In this document: positions 19,754 to 28,603 of the stretch, piece after piece
Numbering within the stretch: position 1 is the first letter of the stretch
How the letters are laid out: each line of letters starts with the position of its first letter
NCBI GenBank assembly: GCA_964608305.1
Contig: CAZSOA010000001.1
Location: 9,870 to 73,869 of the forward strand
DNA length: 64,000 bases
Reading direction: 5' to 3'
From: an uncultured Desulfofustis sp.
Lineage (GTDB): Bacteria > Desulfobacterota > Desulfobulbia > Desulfobulbales > Desulfocapsaceae
Position numbers and translations under genes: made by a program
Notes under the pieces: model-generated
Database searches by the model: none
The model's input: only the letters and a program-made list of their open reading frames with translations
Told to the model about the DNA's origin: nothing

Positions 19754-19951
19754 CGACTCACCTCATGATTGAAAAAGTGGTTAGGCTAAGAGAACGTGCG
19801 GGTCTGTCATGCATGGTACCATATCTGCTCACTGAAATCCCCGCCAAGCACCATAAAATACATCACCTTGTGAAATTTCAATATCTTTCCAGGAGATTAA
19901 ATCTTTTTTTTAGAGCTCTGCCGGCTACCACAATGTTTCCCAGGAAAATTC

Positions 19952-19980
19952 TTGACACCCCCTCTGGTGTCTGATATATC
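19952..19980 (+). promoter_or_regulatory. Sigma-70-type promoter candidate for mmsA
   Basis: TTGACA (19952-19957), a 17-nt spacer, then TATATC (19975-19980). Confidence 0.45.
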
Positions 19981-20017
19981 ATCAATTGTCACGCACAAAA
20001 TCCAACACAAATCCGAT

Positions 20018-20111
20018 ATGATCGGAGGCTTCCCGTAGAACTTCGTACTATGATCAAGCCAAACCTGTTGTCAAACTCACCACCCGCTCGAATGCCTCCG
20101 ATCATTTTTTT
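20018..20111 (+). promoter_or_regulatory. Terminator-type leader element (candidate attenuator/riboswitch expression platform) in the mmsA 5' UTR
   Basis: ATGATCGGAGGC (20018-20029) is perfectly complementary to GCCTCCGATCAT (20094-20105). The arms enclose 64 nt and are followed immediately by a T7 run (20105-20111). No upstream plus-strand gene exists for it to terminate. Confidence 0.5.
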
Positions 20112-20200
20112 ATTCTCCTGCTGTTGCAGTACGCCACCGGGAATTGTTATATCGACATCGTTTCCCCCACCCAGCAAAACCATGTCACAGGAGTTGAGTC

Positions 20201-21760
20201 ATGCCTGAAATCAAACTGAACAACCCGGTTAAGAACTTTATTCATGGAGAATGGGTAGAAGAAACCGGCGTTGAGATGGTGCCGGTCTTCAATCCGTCAA
20301 CGGGAGAGCAGATCAGTGCTGTTCCACTGTCATCGGAAAAGACCTCTCTGGAAGCGGTCGACTCGGCCTATGGCGCCTACGATTCGTGGCGCCGGCTCTC
20401 GCTCGCCAAACGCATGGCTTATCTCTTCGATCTGCGCCAGGCAATCACCGATCACGAGGAAGAACTGGCGGTCATCATCGCCATTGACCAGGCCAAACAT
20501 ATTAGTGAAGCGCGTGGTGAGGTACGCAGGATCATAGAAATTTTCGAAATGGCCTGCACTATTCCGGCACTGCTGCAGGGTGAGACGCTCAACGGGATCT
20601 CGACAAACATTACCGGCCGGATCATCAAGGAACCGCTCGGGGTCTTCGGCGGGGTTGCCCCGTTTAACTTCCCGGCGCTGGTCTTTGCCTGGTTTGTCCC
20701 CTTTGCCATCGGTGTCGGCAATACCTTTATTTTCAAACCGTCCACTCAGTCACCGTTATTTATGCAGAAAATCGGTGAGCTATTCCAGGCCGTCGGCCTG
20801 CCGAAAGGCGTGGTCAACATCGTGCACGGCAACCGTAGTGTGCCCGGCACCTGGTATGAACACCCGAAAATGAGCGGTGTCTGCCTGGTCGGCTCGACTC
20901 CCACCGCCAAGAAGATGGCCGAAGCGTGCGGACGCGGCGGCAAGCGCAGCATGCTGCTCGGTGGCGCCAAGAACATTCTGGCGGTCATGGAAGATGCCCA
21001 GCCGGACGTGTTCATCGATAACTTTATCCATTCATGCTTCGGTTCCGCCGGCCAACGCTGCCTTGCCGGTTCCATCGTCGCGGTCGTTCCGGAAATCTAC
21101 GATTCATTCCTCGAGAAGATGATCGCAGCCGCCAAAGGTATCAAAACCGGTGACGCCTGTGACCCGGATGTTTACATGGGCCCGGTGATCTCAGCTCAGG
21201 CAAAAAAGAAAATCGAACAATATATCGAGATTGGCCTCAAAGAAGGATCAAACCTGGTTCTCGACGGCCGCAATCCAGTGCTGCCTGAGAAAAACAAGAA
21301 CGGCTACTTTGTCGGCCCGACCATCTTCGAAGGTGTCACCCCCTGCCGGACCATCGCCAAGGAAGAAATTTTCGGACCGGTCGTCTCCGTCATGAAGATC
21401 CGTGATCTCGACGATGTGCTCCAGATCATCAGGGCACAACCGTTCGGCAACGGTGCCTGTATCTTCACGCAGAACCAGTATTACACCGATCAGTTCATCG
21501 CAGAAGCCAATGTCGGGATGGTCGGCGTCAATGTCGGCATCTGTGCACCACATCCTTATCTGCCCTTTGGCGGTATCAAGGATTCTCACCTGGGCACCAA
21601 CAAGGTGCAGGGCAAGGATGGCATCGACTTTTTTACCCAGAATAAAGTCGCCACCATTCGTGTTGCCCCACCGACCGGCCACTACACGGGTGGTGCTGCG
21701 ACCGGTGCGCCAGCAGAGAAAAAGGCGAGCCCGGCCGTACGCAGTTGTGTTGCTCAGTAA
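20201..21760 (+). CDS. mmsA: CoA-acylating methylmalonate/malonate-semialdehyde dehydrogenase (ALDH superfamily)
   Basis: ALDH fold. The catalytic region FGSAGQRCLA and LLGGAKN (instead of ELGGK) are the MmsA/IolA-type signatures. AGGAG SD. Confidence 0.75.
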   Translation: MPEIKLNNPVKNFIHGEWVEETGVEMVPVFNPSTGEQISAVPLSSEKTSLEAVDSAYGAYDSWRRLSLAKRMAYLFDLRQAITDHEEELAVIIAIDQAKHISEARGEVRRIIEIFEMACTIPALLQGETLNGISTNITGRIIKEPLGVFGGVAPFNFPALVFAWFVPFAIGVGNTFIFKPSTQSPLFMQKIGELFQAVGLPKGVVNIVHGNRSVPGTWYEHPKMSGVCLVGSTPTAKKMAEACGRGGKRSMLLGGAKNILAVMEDAQPDVFIDNFIHSCFGSAGQRCLAGSIVAVVPEIYDSFLEKMIAAAKGIKTGDACDPDVYMGPVISAQAKKKIEQYIEIGLKEGSNLVLDGRNPVLPEKNKNGYFVGPTIFEGVTPCRTIAKEEIFGPVVSVMKIRDLDDVLQIIRAQPFGNGACIFTQNQYYTDQFIAEANVGMVGVNVGICAPHPYLPFGGIKDSHLGTNKVQGKDGIDFFTQNKVATIRVAPPTGHYTGGAATGAPAEKKASPAVRSCVAQ

Positions 21761-22145
21761 ACCCGAGAACTGGCAGGATAAAATATCAATCACACATTTT
21801 TATCGTGGGCTTTATTGATTTTTATCGAAAAAATACGGATAATAATCATGGCGCTTTTGGGCCTGATACAATACTGATACGTTTACTCCTTCCACACCGT
21901 TTCCTGAGCGCACCCAAGGAAGCGGTTCGAAGAGCACGAACCATGGGCGACGAGACCGTCTTCGTTCGCTCCGACAATCTTCCAGCAAAACCAGTGGCAA
22001 CGACTTTGGCTGCCCATACCCATAACTATGCAGCGGTCTCCCCGCCGACGATCTCGTGTCGGCGGGAAACCTGATCACCTGATTCGGGGAATTTTTGCAG
22101 ATAATGTCAAAGGTTAACACCAATCGACATATCTCTACCCACCTT

Positions 22146-22182
22146 CTGCCGGTTGCAATCGGCAGATCCGCTTTCTTTTTTC
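22146..22182 (+). terminator. Weak terminator-like hairpin plus T-rich tract inside a 680-bp non-coding gap
   Basis: CTGCCG (22146-22151) pairs with CGGCAG (22160-22165), followed by CTTTCTTTTTTTCTCC. Confidence 0.3.
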
Positions 22183-22440
22183 TCCGACCAGTCGTCATTG
22201 CCGCGCCGGCACCCTCTCCAGCCAACCGGCACGTGCTTGGATTGGCGCGGGCCACGCCGTTTTTAGAAAAACGAATACGGGGCAGTACCTGGTTGATACC
22301 TCCCTGCCGTGCACCGATGCACGACCGACGGCGAAACCCGCGCCCACTCGGGAGATCACCGTTCGTCAACGATTGATGATGCACGGTACAATCCGCGCCC
22401 ATTGACATAGAAGGGAACCACCTACGAGAAAGGAGAAACC

Positions 22441-23748
22441 GTGAGTATTGAAATCATCACCATCCTCTACTTTTTAGTCCTGTTCTTCGCTTTGTTTCTC
22501 GGGCTCCCGGTCGCTCTCGGCTTAGGTGGAACAGCCGTCATCTTCGCAGCATTTTTCGAGCCCCGTTCGCTGCTGGCAATCCCCAGCGCCTTCCACTACA
22601 CCCCGTGGAATCATGTCCTCGTCACGATCCCCCTGTTCCTGTTTATGGGCAGCCTGATCCGCTTTTCCGGTATTGCCGAAGCGGCCTATGATGCCGTCTA
22701 TAAACTGATCGGTCATGTAGCCGGCGGACTGGCCATGGGTACCGTTGCGGTCTGTACCATTTTTGCGGCGATTACCGGCATCACCCCGCCCGCAACGATC
22801 ACCATGGGCCAGATCGCCTACCCGTCGATGATGAAGTACCAATACAACCGGGCCATCGCCATCGGTTCCATCGGCGCCGGCGGCGCCCTGGGTGCACTGA
22901 TCCCGCCAAGCGTACCGTTCATTTTCTATGGGCTGCTCGCCAAGGTGTCCATCGGCGGCCTGTTTCTCGGCGGTGTCCTTCCCGGCCTGATGCTCGCCTC
23001 GTTCTACATCATCTATATCGGCATCCGCTGTAAGATCCAGCCGCACATGGGGCCCGGCCTGCCGGCGGAAGAGTCTTTCACGCTTAAAGAGAAAATCGTT
23101 TCAGTATTCAATATCTGGCCGTTCGTGGTCCTTATCCTGATGGTGCTCGGCGCCATCTGGGGTGGTATCGCAACACCGTCTGAAGCCGCTTCTTTCGGGG
23201 CCGCAGGCGCCTGTCTGATCAACCTCATTTACCGCAAACTGACCTGGCAGGTTTTAAAGGATTCACTGGAGACCACGTTAAAGCTGTCCGGTATGGGCCT
23301 GTGGATTTTGATCGGCGCCAATATCTACCTTAACGTTTTCAACTCAATGGGATGCCAGGAACTGGTAACCAGACTCGTGCTCGGCATGCCCGGCGGTGAA
23401 AACGGCATCCTGCTGATGATGATGTTCATTATCCTGCTGCTCGGAATGTTCATGGACGACTGGGCGATCATCATGCTCTGCACGCCGCTGTATATCCCGA
23501 TAATAAACGAACTCGGTATCGATAAACTGTGGTTCGGCGTCCTGTTTATCGTCAACATCCAGATCGCTTATCTGACGCCGCCGTTTGGTTTCGTGCTGTT
23601 CTGGATCAAGAGTATTCTGCCGCCTGATGTGACCATGGGAGACGTCTATCGGTCGGTCGGGCCCTTTATCGTTTTGCAGATTATCGGCCTCTCGCTCATC
23701 TTCTTCTTCCCGCAGATCGCCCTGTGGTTACCCAGCATGATGAACTGA
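22441..23748 (+). CDS. dctM: TRAP transporter large permease (DctM family)
   Basis: 435 aa polytopic protein, GTG start with AGGAGA SD. The conserved C-terminal motif YLTPPFGFVLF is present. The same motif (FLTPPFGFSLF) occurs in the second dctM at 45585. Confidence 0.9.
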   Translation: MSIEIITILYFLVLFFALFLGLPVALGLGGTAVIFAAFFEPRSLLAIPSAFHYTPWNHVLVTIPLFLFMGSLIRFSGIAEAAYDAVYKLIGHVAGGLAMGTVAVCTIFAAITGITPPATITMGQIAYPSMMKYQYNRAIAIGSIGAGGALGALIPPSVPFIFYGLLAKVSIGGLFLGGVLPGLMLASFYIIYIGIRCKIQPHMGPGLPAEESFTLKEKIVSVFNIWPFVVLILMVLGAIWGGIATPSEAASFGAAGACLINLIYRKLTWQVLKDSLETTLKLSGMGLWILIGANIYLNVFNSMGCQELVTRLVLGMPGGENGILLMMMFIILLLGMFMDDWAIIMLCTPLYIPIINELGIDKLWFGVLFIVNIQIAYLTPPFGFVLFWIKSILPPDVTMGDVYRSVGPFIVLQIIGLSLIFFFPQIALWLPSMMN

Positions 23749-23865
23749 GTCGAGATAGCAAGGAGTTGAAAACACTGAAAGGCAACGAACTATCGGCACC
23801 GCACGACCCATCGATCGCCTGCTGATATCGTATTCTTCAGGAAATATTGCCTGGCGGAGGAACGT

Positions 23866-24372
23866 ATGAAGTTCTGGAACGTGGTACAAAAAATCATCGA
23901 TTTTATATGCGAAGCAATGGGCCGGATCGGCTGGCTGCTTGTCTTGTACTGCATGATTTTCGGCGTCAGCGATGTCTATTTTCGCTACATCCTCAATTCA
24001 CCATCGCTGTGGATCGCCACCACGCTGCAGGTGGCCATGGTTCTGATGGCCTGCATGGGCGGCGCCTATGCCCTGAACCATGATGCCTTCGTTAAGCTCG
24101 ACCTGTTCTATGCACGCTTTTCCAAAAAGAAAAAAGCCGTCTGCGACATCCTTACCGTTCCCTTTTCCTTTCTGTTCCTCGGGGTATTGGTCTGGAAAGG
24201 GTGGGAGGCGGCCATGCTGTCACTCAAATTAAAACAGGTCACCCCGACGAGTATCCCGATCCCACTCTATCCGATCAAAATTTTGATCCCGATAGCCGGA
24301 TTCATTGTCTTGCTCGTCGTCATTAAAAAGCTGGTAAACGATATAATTACGGTGTGCTCAAAGGCTGAGTAA
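23866..24372 (+). CDS. dctQ: TRAP transporter small permease (DctQ family)
   Basis: 168 aa, 4 TM, located between dctM and dctP. GGAGGA SD. Confidence 0.8.
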   Translation: MKFWNVVQKIIDFICEAMGRIGWLLVLYCMIFGVSDVYFRYILNSPSLWIATTLQVAMVLMACMGGAYALNHDAFVKLDLFYARFSKKKKAVCDILTVPFSFLFLGVLVWKGWEAAMLSLKLKQVTPTSIPIPLYPIKILIPIAGFIVLLVVIKKLVNDIITVCSKAE

Positions 24373-24514
24373 TAACTCGTCCAGCGACAGCAACAAACGG
24401 CACCGTCTTTTGTTCTGCTGCGAGACAAGTTATGGGGAGGGGGTTGATTGATCGCATTGACGCAACCTCTAATCTTTCGATGACAAACTGAAGAACAACA
24501 GGAGGGAAAACGCA

Positions 24515-25570
24515 ATGAAAAAGCAGTCTATGAAGTTCCTGGCCGTGATGTCCGCATTCGGCATCATGTCCATGGCCGGCTCCGCACTCGCAGCGGATGC
24601 GTACGGTCCCCCGGACAAGGTAACGACCTTGCTGTTCCAGCCGTGCTTCGACCAGTCCGATGCCGGCTGGCCGCTCGGCGTCGTGCCGTGGATCAAGGCG
24701 GTTGAGGAAGCCACCCAGGGCACCGTCACCTTCAAACTTGAACCTGCCGGCGCCATCACCAGTGGTGACGAGGCGTTTGGCGCAACCATCGCCGGCATGA
24801 TCGATGTCTACGCCGGTTGGGCCACCGTCTACGGCGGCGACATGCCGGAAGGCATGCTGGCCTTTGGCCTGGCCATGGGCGCCAATAACTGGCGTGATGC
24901 CTGGGCCGCCATGTGGGGTGATCCGAAGTACCGGATCGGCGATCTCGTTCAGGAAGCAGCCAAAGAGCGAAACCTGCGCTGGGTCGGTTGGACGAGTCAG
25001 GGCCCCAATGCTATGTTCACCAAATTCCCGGTCAATAAGCTGGAAGACCTGGCCGGCAAGAAAATGCGAGCCGGCGGCCCGCATGCACTCTTCCATGAAG
25101 CCATGGGCGGTGCACCGGTAGCCATGAGCGGTGGCGACATCTACACCGCCATCAAACTCGGCACCATCGACGGAACCTACTGGGATACCGGCGGAATCGA
25201 CGACATGTCATTCCATGAGGTCATCAATTACGCCATCATGCCCGGCTGGTGCCCGGCGCAGCATCAGGAAATCTACATCAATCTCGACAAGTGGAATTCC
25301 CTGACGCAGTGGCAGCGCGACCAGATCGACAGCATCTTCATGCCGACCTATTTCGAGACCAGCCGTCTGCACTGGGAAGGTGTCGAAGAGGCACTGGAGA
25401 TTCTGAAAAACGCCGGCGGCGAAGTCATTCACCTGTCCGAAGAAGAGGTGAAGCGAATGCGCGCGCGGTCGGTCGACGTGGTCTGGCCGAAAGTTGCCGA
25501 GAGGTCCGAGCGTAACGCCAAAGGCGTCGCGCTGTGGAAAGAGTTCCTGGAGGACATTGGCGAGTTATAA
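24515..25570 (+). CDS. dctP: TRAP transporter substrate-binding protein (DctP family)
   Basis: Signal peptide (AGSALAADA). The size and the ...LEDLAGKKMRAGG...YTAIKLGTIDG pattern are typical of DctP-type SBPs (substrate-binding proteins). Confidence 0.85.
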   Translation: MKKQSMKFLAVMSAFGIMSMAGSALAADAYGPPDKVTTLLFQPCFDQSDAGWPLGVVPWIKAVEEATQGTVTFKLEPAGAITSGDEAFGATIAGMIDVYAGWATVYGGDMPEGMLAFGLAMGANNWRDAWAAMWGDPKYRIGDLVQEAAKERNLRWVGWTSQGPNAMFTKFPVNKLEDLAGKKMRAGGPHALFHEAMGGAPVAMSGGDIYTAIKLGTIDGTYWDTGGIDDMSFHEVINYAIMPGWCPAQHQEIYINLDKWNSLTQWQRDQIDSIFMPTYFETSRLHWEGVEEALEILKNAGGEVIHLSEEEVKRMRARSVDVVWPKVAERSERNAKGVALWKEFLEDIGEL

Positions 25571-25620
25571 GTCGTTGTAGCAACGGCTTCTGCAGCAGAT
25601 TTTCTTCAGTTTGTACGTGC

Positions 25621-25680
25621 AAGGCGCGTCCGGTCCTGCCGATTGAACGGCAGTCGGGCGCGCCTTTTGCTGTTTTTTTT
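25621..25680 (+). terminator. Rho-independent terminator of the TRAP operon
   Basis: AAGGCGCG...CTGCCG-ATTGAA-CGGCAG...CGCGCCTT compound hairpin followed by TTGCTGTTTTTTTT. Confidence 0.7.
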
Positions 25681-25707
25681 AGGAAAAACCGATTGATTAT
25701 CAACAAA

Positions 25708-26550
25708 TCAGCTCGTTGCTGTCGGTCGACCTCCACGAGCCAGGCGTGCCTGGATCTCATCGATTACCGGCTCCAACTCGGCAACACTGTCGATGACATA
25801 ATGGGCGCCGGCAGCCGTCAGCTGGCGGCGTGCACTATCCACCAATGCACTGGCGACACGGTCGTCGAGACGGGCGAATTCATCGTGAGACAGACCGCAG
25901 AGATTGCCGGTTCGGGCAACCCCCACGGCCCAGACACCGGCGTTGCTCGCGGTATGCATATCGATGATGGTATCGCCGACATTGACCACCGCCGGTGGGG
26001 GGAAAACCGCCAATCGTTCCATCAGCCGGAAGATCATCCATGGTGCCGGTCGACCGGCGGGAACGTCAGAAGCCGATAGTGACGCATCGGGTATATACCC
26101 CTGGGCAGCTGCCGCTCGGGCAACTACTTCCGCTGCCTCCCGATAATAGCCCGTTGACGCAGCAATCTTCAGACCACGCCGGCGCAACGACGCCACCGTG
26201 TCGACCACACCGGCGATCACCGTCCCATGGTCCTGCAGGGCGTCATCGAGCAGCGGTCCGAAGAGCTGATAGAGATCATCGATATCTTCGCTGGTCGACG
26301 CTCGCCCATGCCTGCAGCGCCAGGCTTCAGCAACTCGATCAATGGCCATAACCGCAGCGATGTGATCCCGTTTTGCCATGCCCATGGGCTCCCGCGCCTC
26401 AGCCATGGTAATGGTCACACCGCGCTTGCGAAACCCTTCAACAAACGCCGCTGCCGGTGCGCAGCAACCGTAGTCAACGGTCGTTCCGGCCCAGTCGAAA
26501 ATAATCAGTTGGACGGTTTGTCCGCTCCCGGGTGCGTTCGACCGACTCAT
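25708..26550 (-). CDS. phnX: Phosphonoacetaldehyde hydrolase (phosphonatase), HAD superfamily
   Basis: LIIFDWAGTTVDYGC (HAD motif I in the PhnX context), EPMGMAKRDHI (Schiff-base Lys region), GRPAPWMIF, and VGDTIIDMHTASNAG. Confidence 0.85.
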   Translation of the reverse strand: MSRSNAPGSGQTVQLIIFDWAGTTVDYGCCAPAAAFVEGFRKRGVTITMAEAREPMGMAKRDHIAAVMAIDRVAEAWRCRHGRASTSEDIDDLYQLFGPLLDDALQDHGTVIAGVVDTVASLRRRGLKIAASTGYYREAAEVVARAAAAQGYIPDASLSASDVPAGRPAPWMIFRLMERLAVFPPPAVVNVGDTIIDMHTASNAGVWAVGVARTGNLCGLSHDEFARLDDRVASALVDSARRQLTAAGAHYVIDSVAELEPVIDEIQARLARGGRPTATS

Positions 26551-26584
26551 CGACCTAACTGGCTGTCAGGCAACGATGCCAACA

Positions 26585-27268
26585 TTAGACGTGGACACCG
26601 TTTTCTTTATAAAACGTGTAAATGAAATCCTTCTGGACCTCAAAGGACCAATGGACATCCTTAAGAATTCTGGCGGCTTCAGCACCGTTGCCCCGTTTCA
26701 TAGCTTCGATCAGGGTCTGGTGTTCAAGGCAATTGCGATACTCCCATTCCGCGATGTAATTCTTGCGCGGAAAGTCGTAGAGCCGATGTTTGATAGGCAG
26801 AATGAACTTCTTGAGCATTCCGTTAACGGAAATATCTACATAGACGTTGTGGAATTGCAGGTTGGTCTTGAAAAAGGTCGAAAAGTCGTTCGCGCTGATG
26901 TCGGCAAACATCTTTTCATTGAGCGACTCCAGTTGCTCAATGTGGTGGGGCCTTATCTTATCGATGCATTCCTCGACGATAAAGGCCTCGACCAGACCGA
27001 TCGCATCGTAGGCATGACGGACATGCTCGAGTTCAAGTTTGTTGACCAGCACCCCCCGACGCGGGATGATGGTCACGAATCCTTCAAGCTCAAGGTGGAT
27101 CAGCGCATCTCGGAGGGGGGTTTTACTGATGCCGAGTTGCTGGGCGATTTCGCCGATATTGATTGTCGACCCCGGCAACAGATCACCTTCATTCATCTGC
27201 CGGCGCAGATAGTCGTAGACCAACTCGCTCAGCGACGAATAATTCAGCGTCTCACTCATCGGCGACAT
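26585..27268 (-). CDS. GntR-family transcriptional regulator (FadR/FCD subfamily)
   Basis: Winged HTH ...GEIAQQLGISKTPLRDALIHLELEGFVTIIPRRGVLV plus a helical FCD-like C-domain. The track ORF starts at 27352, but the GGAGGAGG SD sits just before ATG 27268/27259. Confidence 0.85.
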   Translation of the reverse strand: MSPMSETLNYSSLSELVYDYLRRQMNEGDLLPGSTINIGEIAQQLGISKTPLRDALIHLELEGFVTIIPRRGVLVNKLELEHVRHAYDAIGLVEAFIVEECIDKIRPHHIEQLESLNEKMFADISANDFSTFFKTNLQFHNVYVDISVNGMLKKFILPIKHRLYDFPRKNYIAEWEYRNCLEHQTLIEAMKRGNGAEAARILKDVHWSFEVQKDFIYTFYKENGVHV

Positions 27269-27392
27269 GCCTCCTCCTGCACGCATTGACGTTATACTTT
27301 CCCGATCTGCATTTATGTCATCACAATCTAAACGATTCTGAGTACATGTCAAGCAAACAGGAAAGTATAACGCCGTCGAGGCCGTGCCACGC

Positions 27393-28508
27393 TCAGTTCA
27401 AAAATGTCTCAACTGGTGTATACTCCAGGCCAAACGCTTCAGCAACAGCCTGATAGGTAACCGCGCCGTGGATAACATTGGCGCCCAGTTTGATCTCGTC
27501 GTTTTCCTGCATTGCCTTCTTCCACCCTTTATTGGCAATCTGGAGTGCATAGGGCAGTGTAGCATTGGTCAAGGCGATGGTCGAGGTCCGCGCGACCGCC
27601 CCGGGCATATTGGTCACACAATAGTGTACGACGCCGTCGACGACATAGGTCGGATCGGCATGGGTGGTGGGCTTGGACGTTTCTGAACATCCCCCCTGGT
27701 CAATGGCCACATCGACGATCACCGATCCTTTTTTCATACTGGCGACCATATCCCGGGTGATCAATTTCGGAGCCTTGGCGCCGGGAATCAGCACCGAGCC
27801 GATCACCAGATCTGCCTTGGCCACATATTCGCGGAGCAACGCCGGGTTCGACATGATGGGCACACAATTGGCCGGCATGATGTCATCAAGATAGGATAAC
27901 CGCTCGAGATTGGTGTCAAGAATATAGACCATGGCCCCGAGGCCGCAGGCCATCTTTGCCGCATTGTAGCCGACCACACCGCCACCGATCACCACTACGG
28001 TAGCCGGTTCGACGCCGGTGACGCCGCCGAGCAACACGCCACTGCCTCCCTGGGGCATTTCCAGGCATCGGGCGCCGACCTGAGTGGCCATCCGTCCTGC
28101 CACCTCACTCATCGGCACGAGCAGCGGCAACGAGCCGTTTGTCTTTTTGATGGTCTCATAGGCTATGTTGACCGATTTCGCCTTGATCAGGGCACGAGTC
28201 TGCTCCTCGTCGGCAGCCAGGTGCAGATAGGTGAAGATGATCTGGTCTTCGCGGATCATATCGTACTCTGCCGGCAACGGCTCCTTCACATGCATGACCA
28301 TGTCGCAGGCGCCGTAGATTTCCGCAGGAGTGGCGGCGATGGTTGCGCCGGCAGCGAGATATTCGGCATCCTCAAAACCGGCGCCGGATCCGGCACCGGT
28401 CTCAACGAACACCTGATGGCCGTTGGCAACCATGGTGGCAACACCGGTGGGAACCATACAGACCCGCTTTTCCATAACCTTGATCTCTTTTAATATCCCG
28501 ACTTTCAC
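27393..28508 (-). CDS. ald: Alanine dehydrogenase
   Basis: MKVGILKEIKVMEKRVCMVPTGVATMVANGHQVFVETGAG... and VVIGGGVVGYNAAKMA are the canonical Ald sequence pattern. Confidence 0.95.
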   Translation of the reverse strand: MKVGILKEIKVMEKRVCMVPTGVATMVANGHQVFVETGAGSGAGFEDAEYLAAGATIAATPAEIYGACDMVMHVKEPLPAEYDMIREDQIIFTYLHLAADEEQTRALIKAKSVNIAYETIKKTNGSLPLLVPMSEVAGRMATQVGARCLEMPQGGSGVLLGGVTGVEPATVVVIGGGVVGYNAAKMACGLGAMVYILDTNLERLSYLDDIMPANCVPIMSNPALLREYVAKADLVIGSVLIPGAKAPKLITRDMVASMKKGSVIVDVAIDQGGCSETSKPTTHADPTYVVDGVVHYCVTNMPGAVARTSTIALTNATLPYALQIANKGWKKAMQENDEIKLGANVIHGAVTYQAVAEAFGLEYTPVETFLN

Positions 28509-28603
28509 GTGTATCCTCCATAGCTAATAAAGTGGACAGGTCGGCCCCAACACAGAGCAAGGGAAGCAGGGCCAGTGAAGCAGTTTCTTCATCTCCGGCT
28601 TGC

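Noticed and set aside
19814-19829. TGGTACCATATCTGCT with sigma-54-like GG/GC spacing, upstream of mmsA
   Set aside because: The -24 element is part of a perfect 10-bp palindrome, ATGGTACCAT, which is more consistent with a dimeric regulator site. It lies ~370 nt from the ATG and upstream of a good sigma-70 promoter. No EBP is adjacent.
21812-22408. 198-aa minus-strand ORF filling the mmsA-TRAP gap
   Set aside because: Arg/Cys/Gly-rich composition, no SD and no recognisable domain. The region is better described as non-coding with structured elements.
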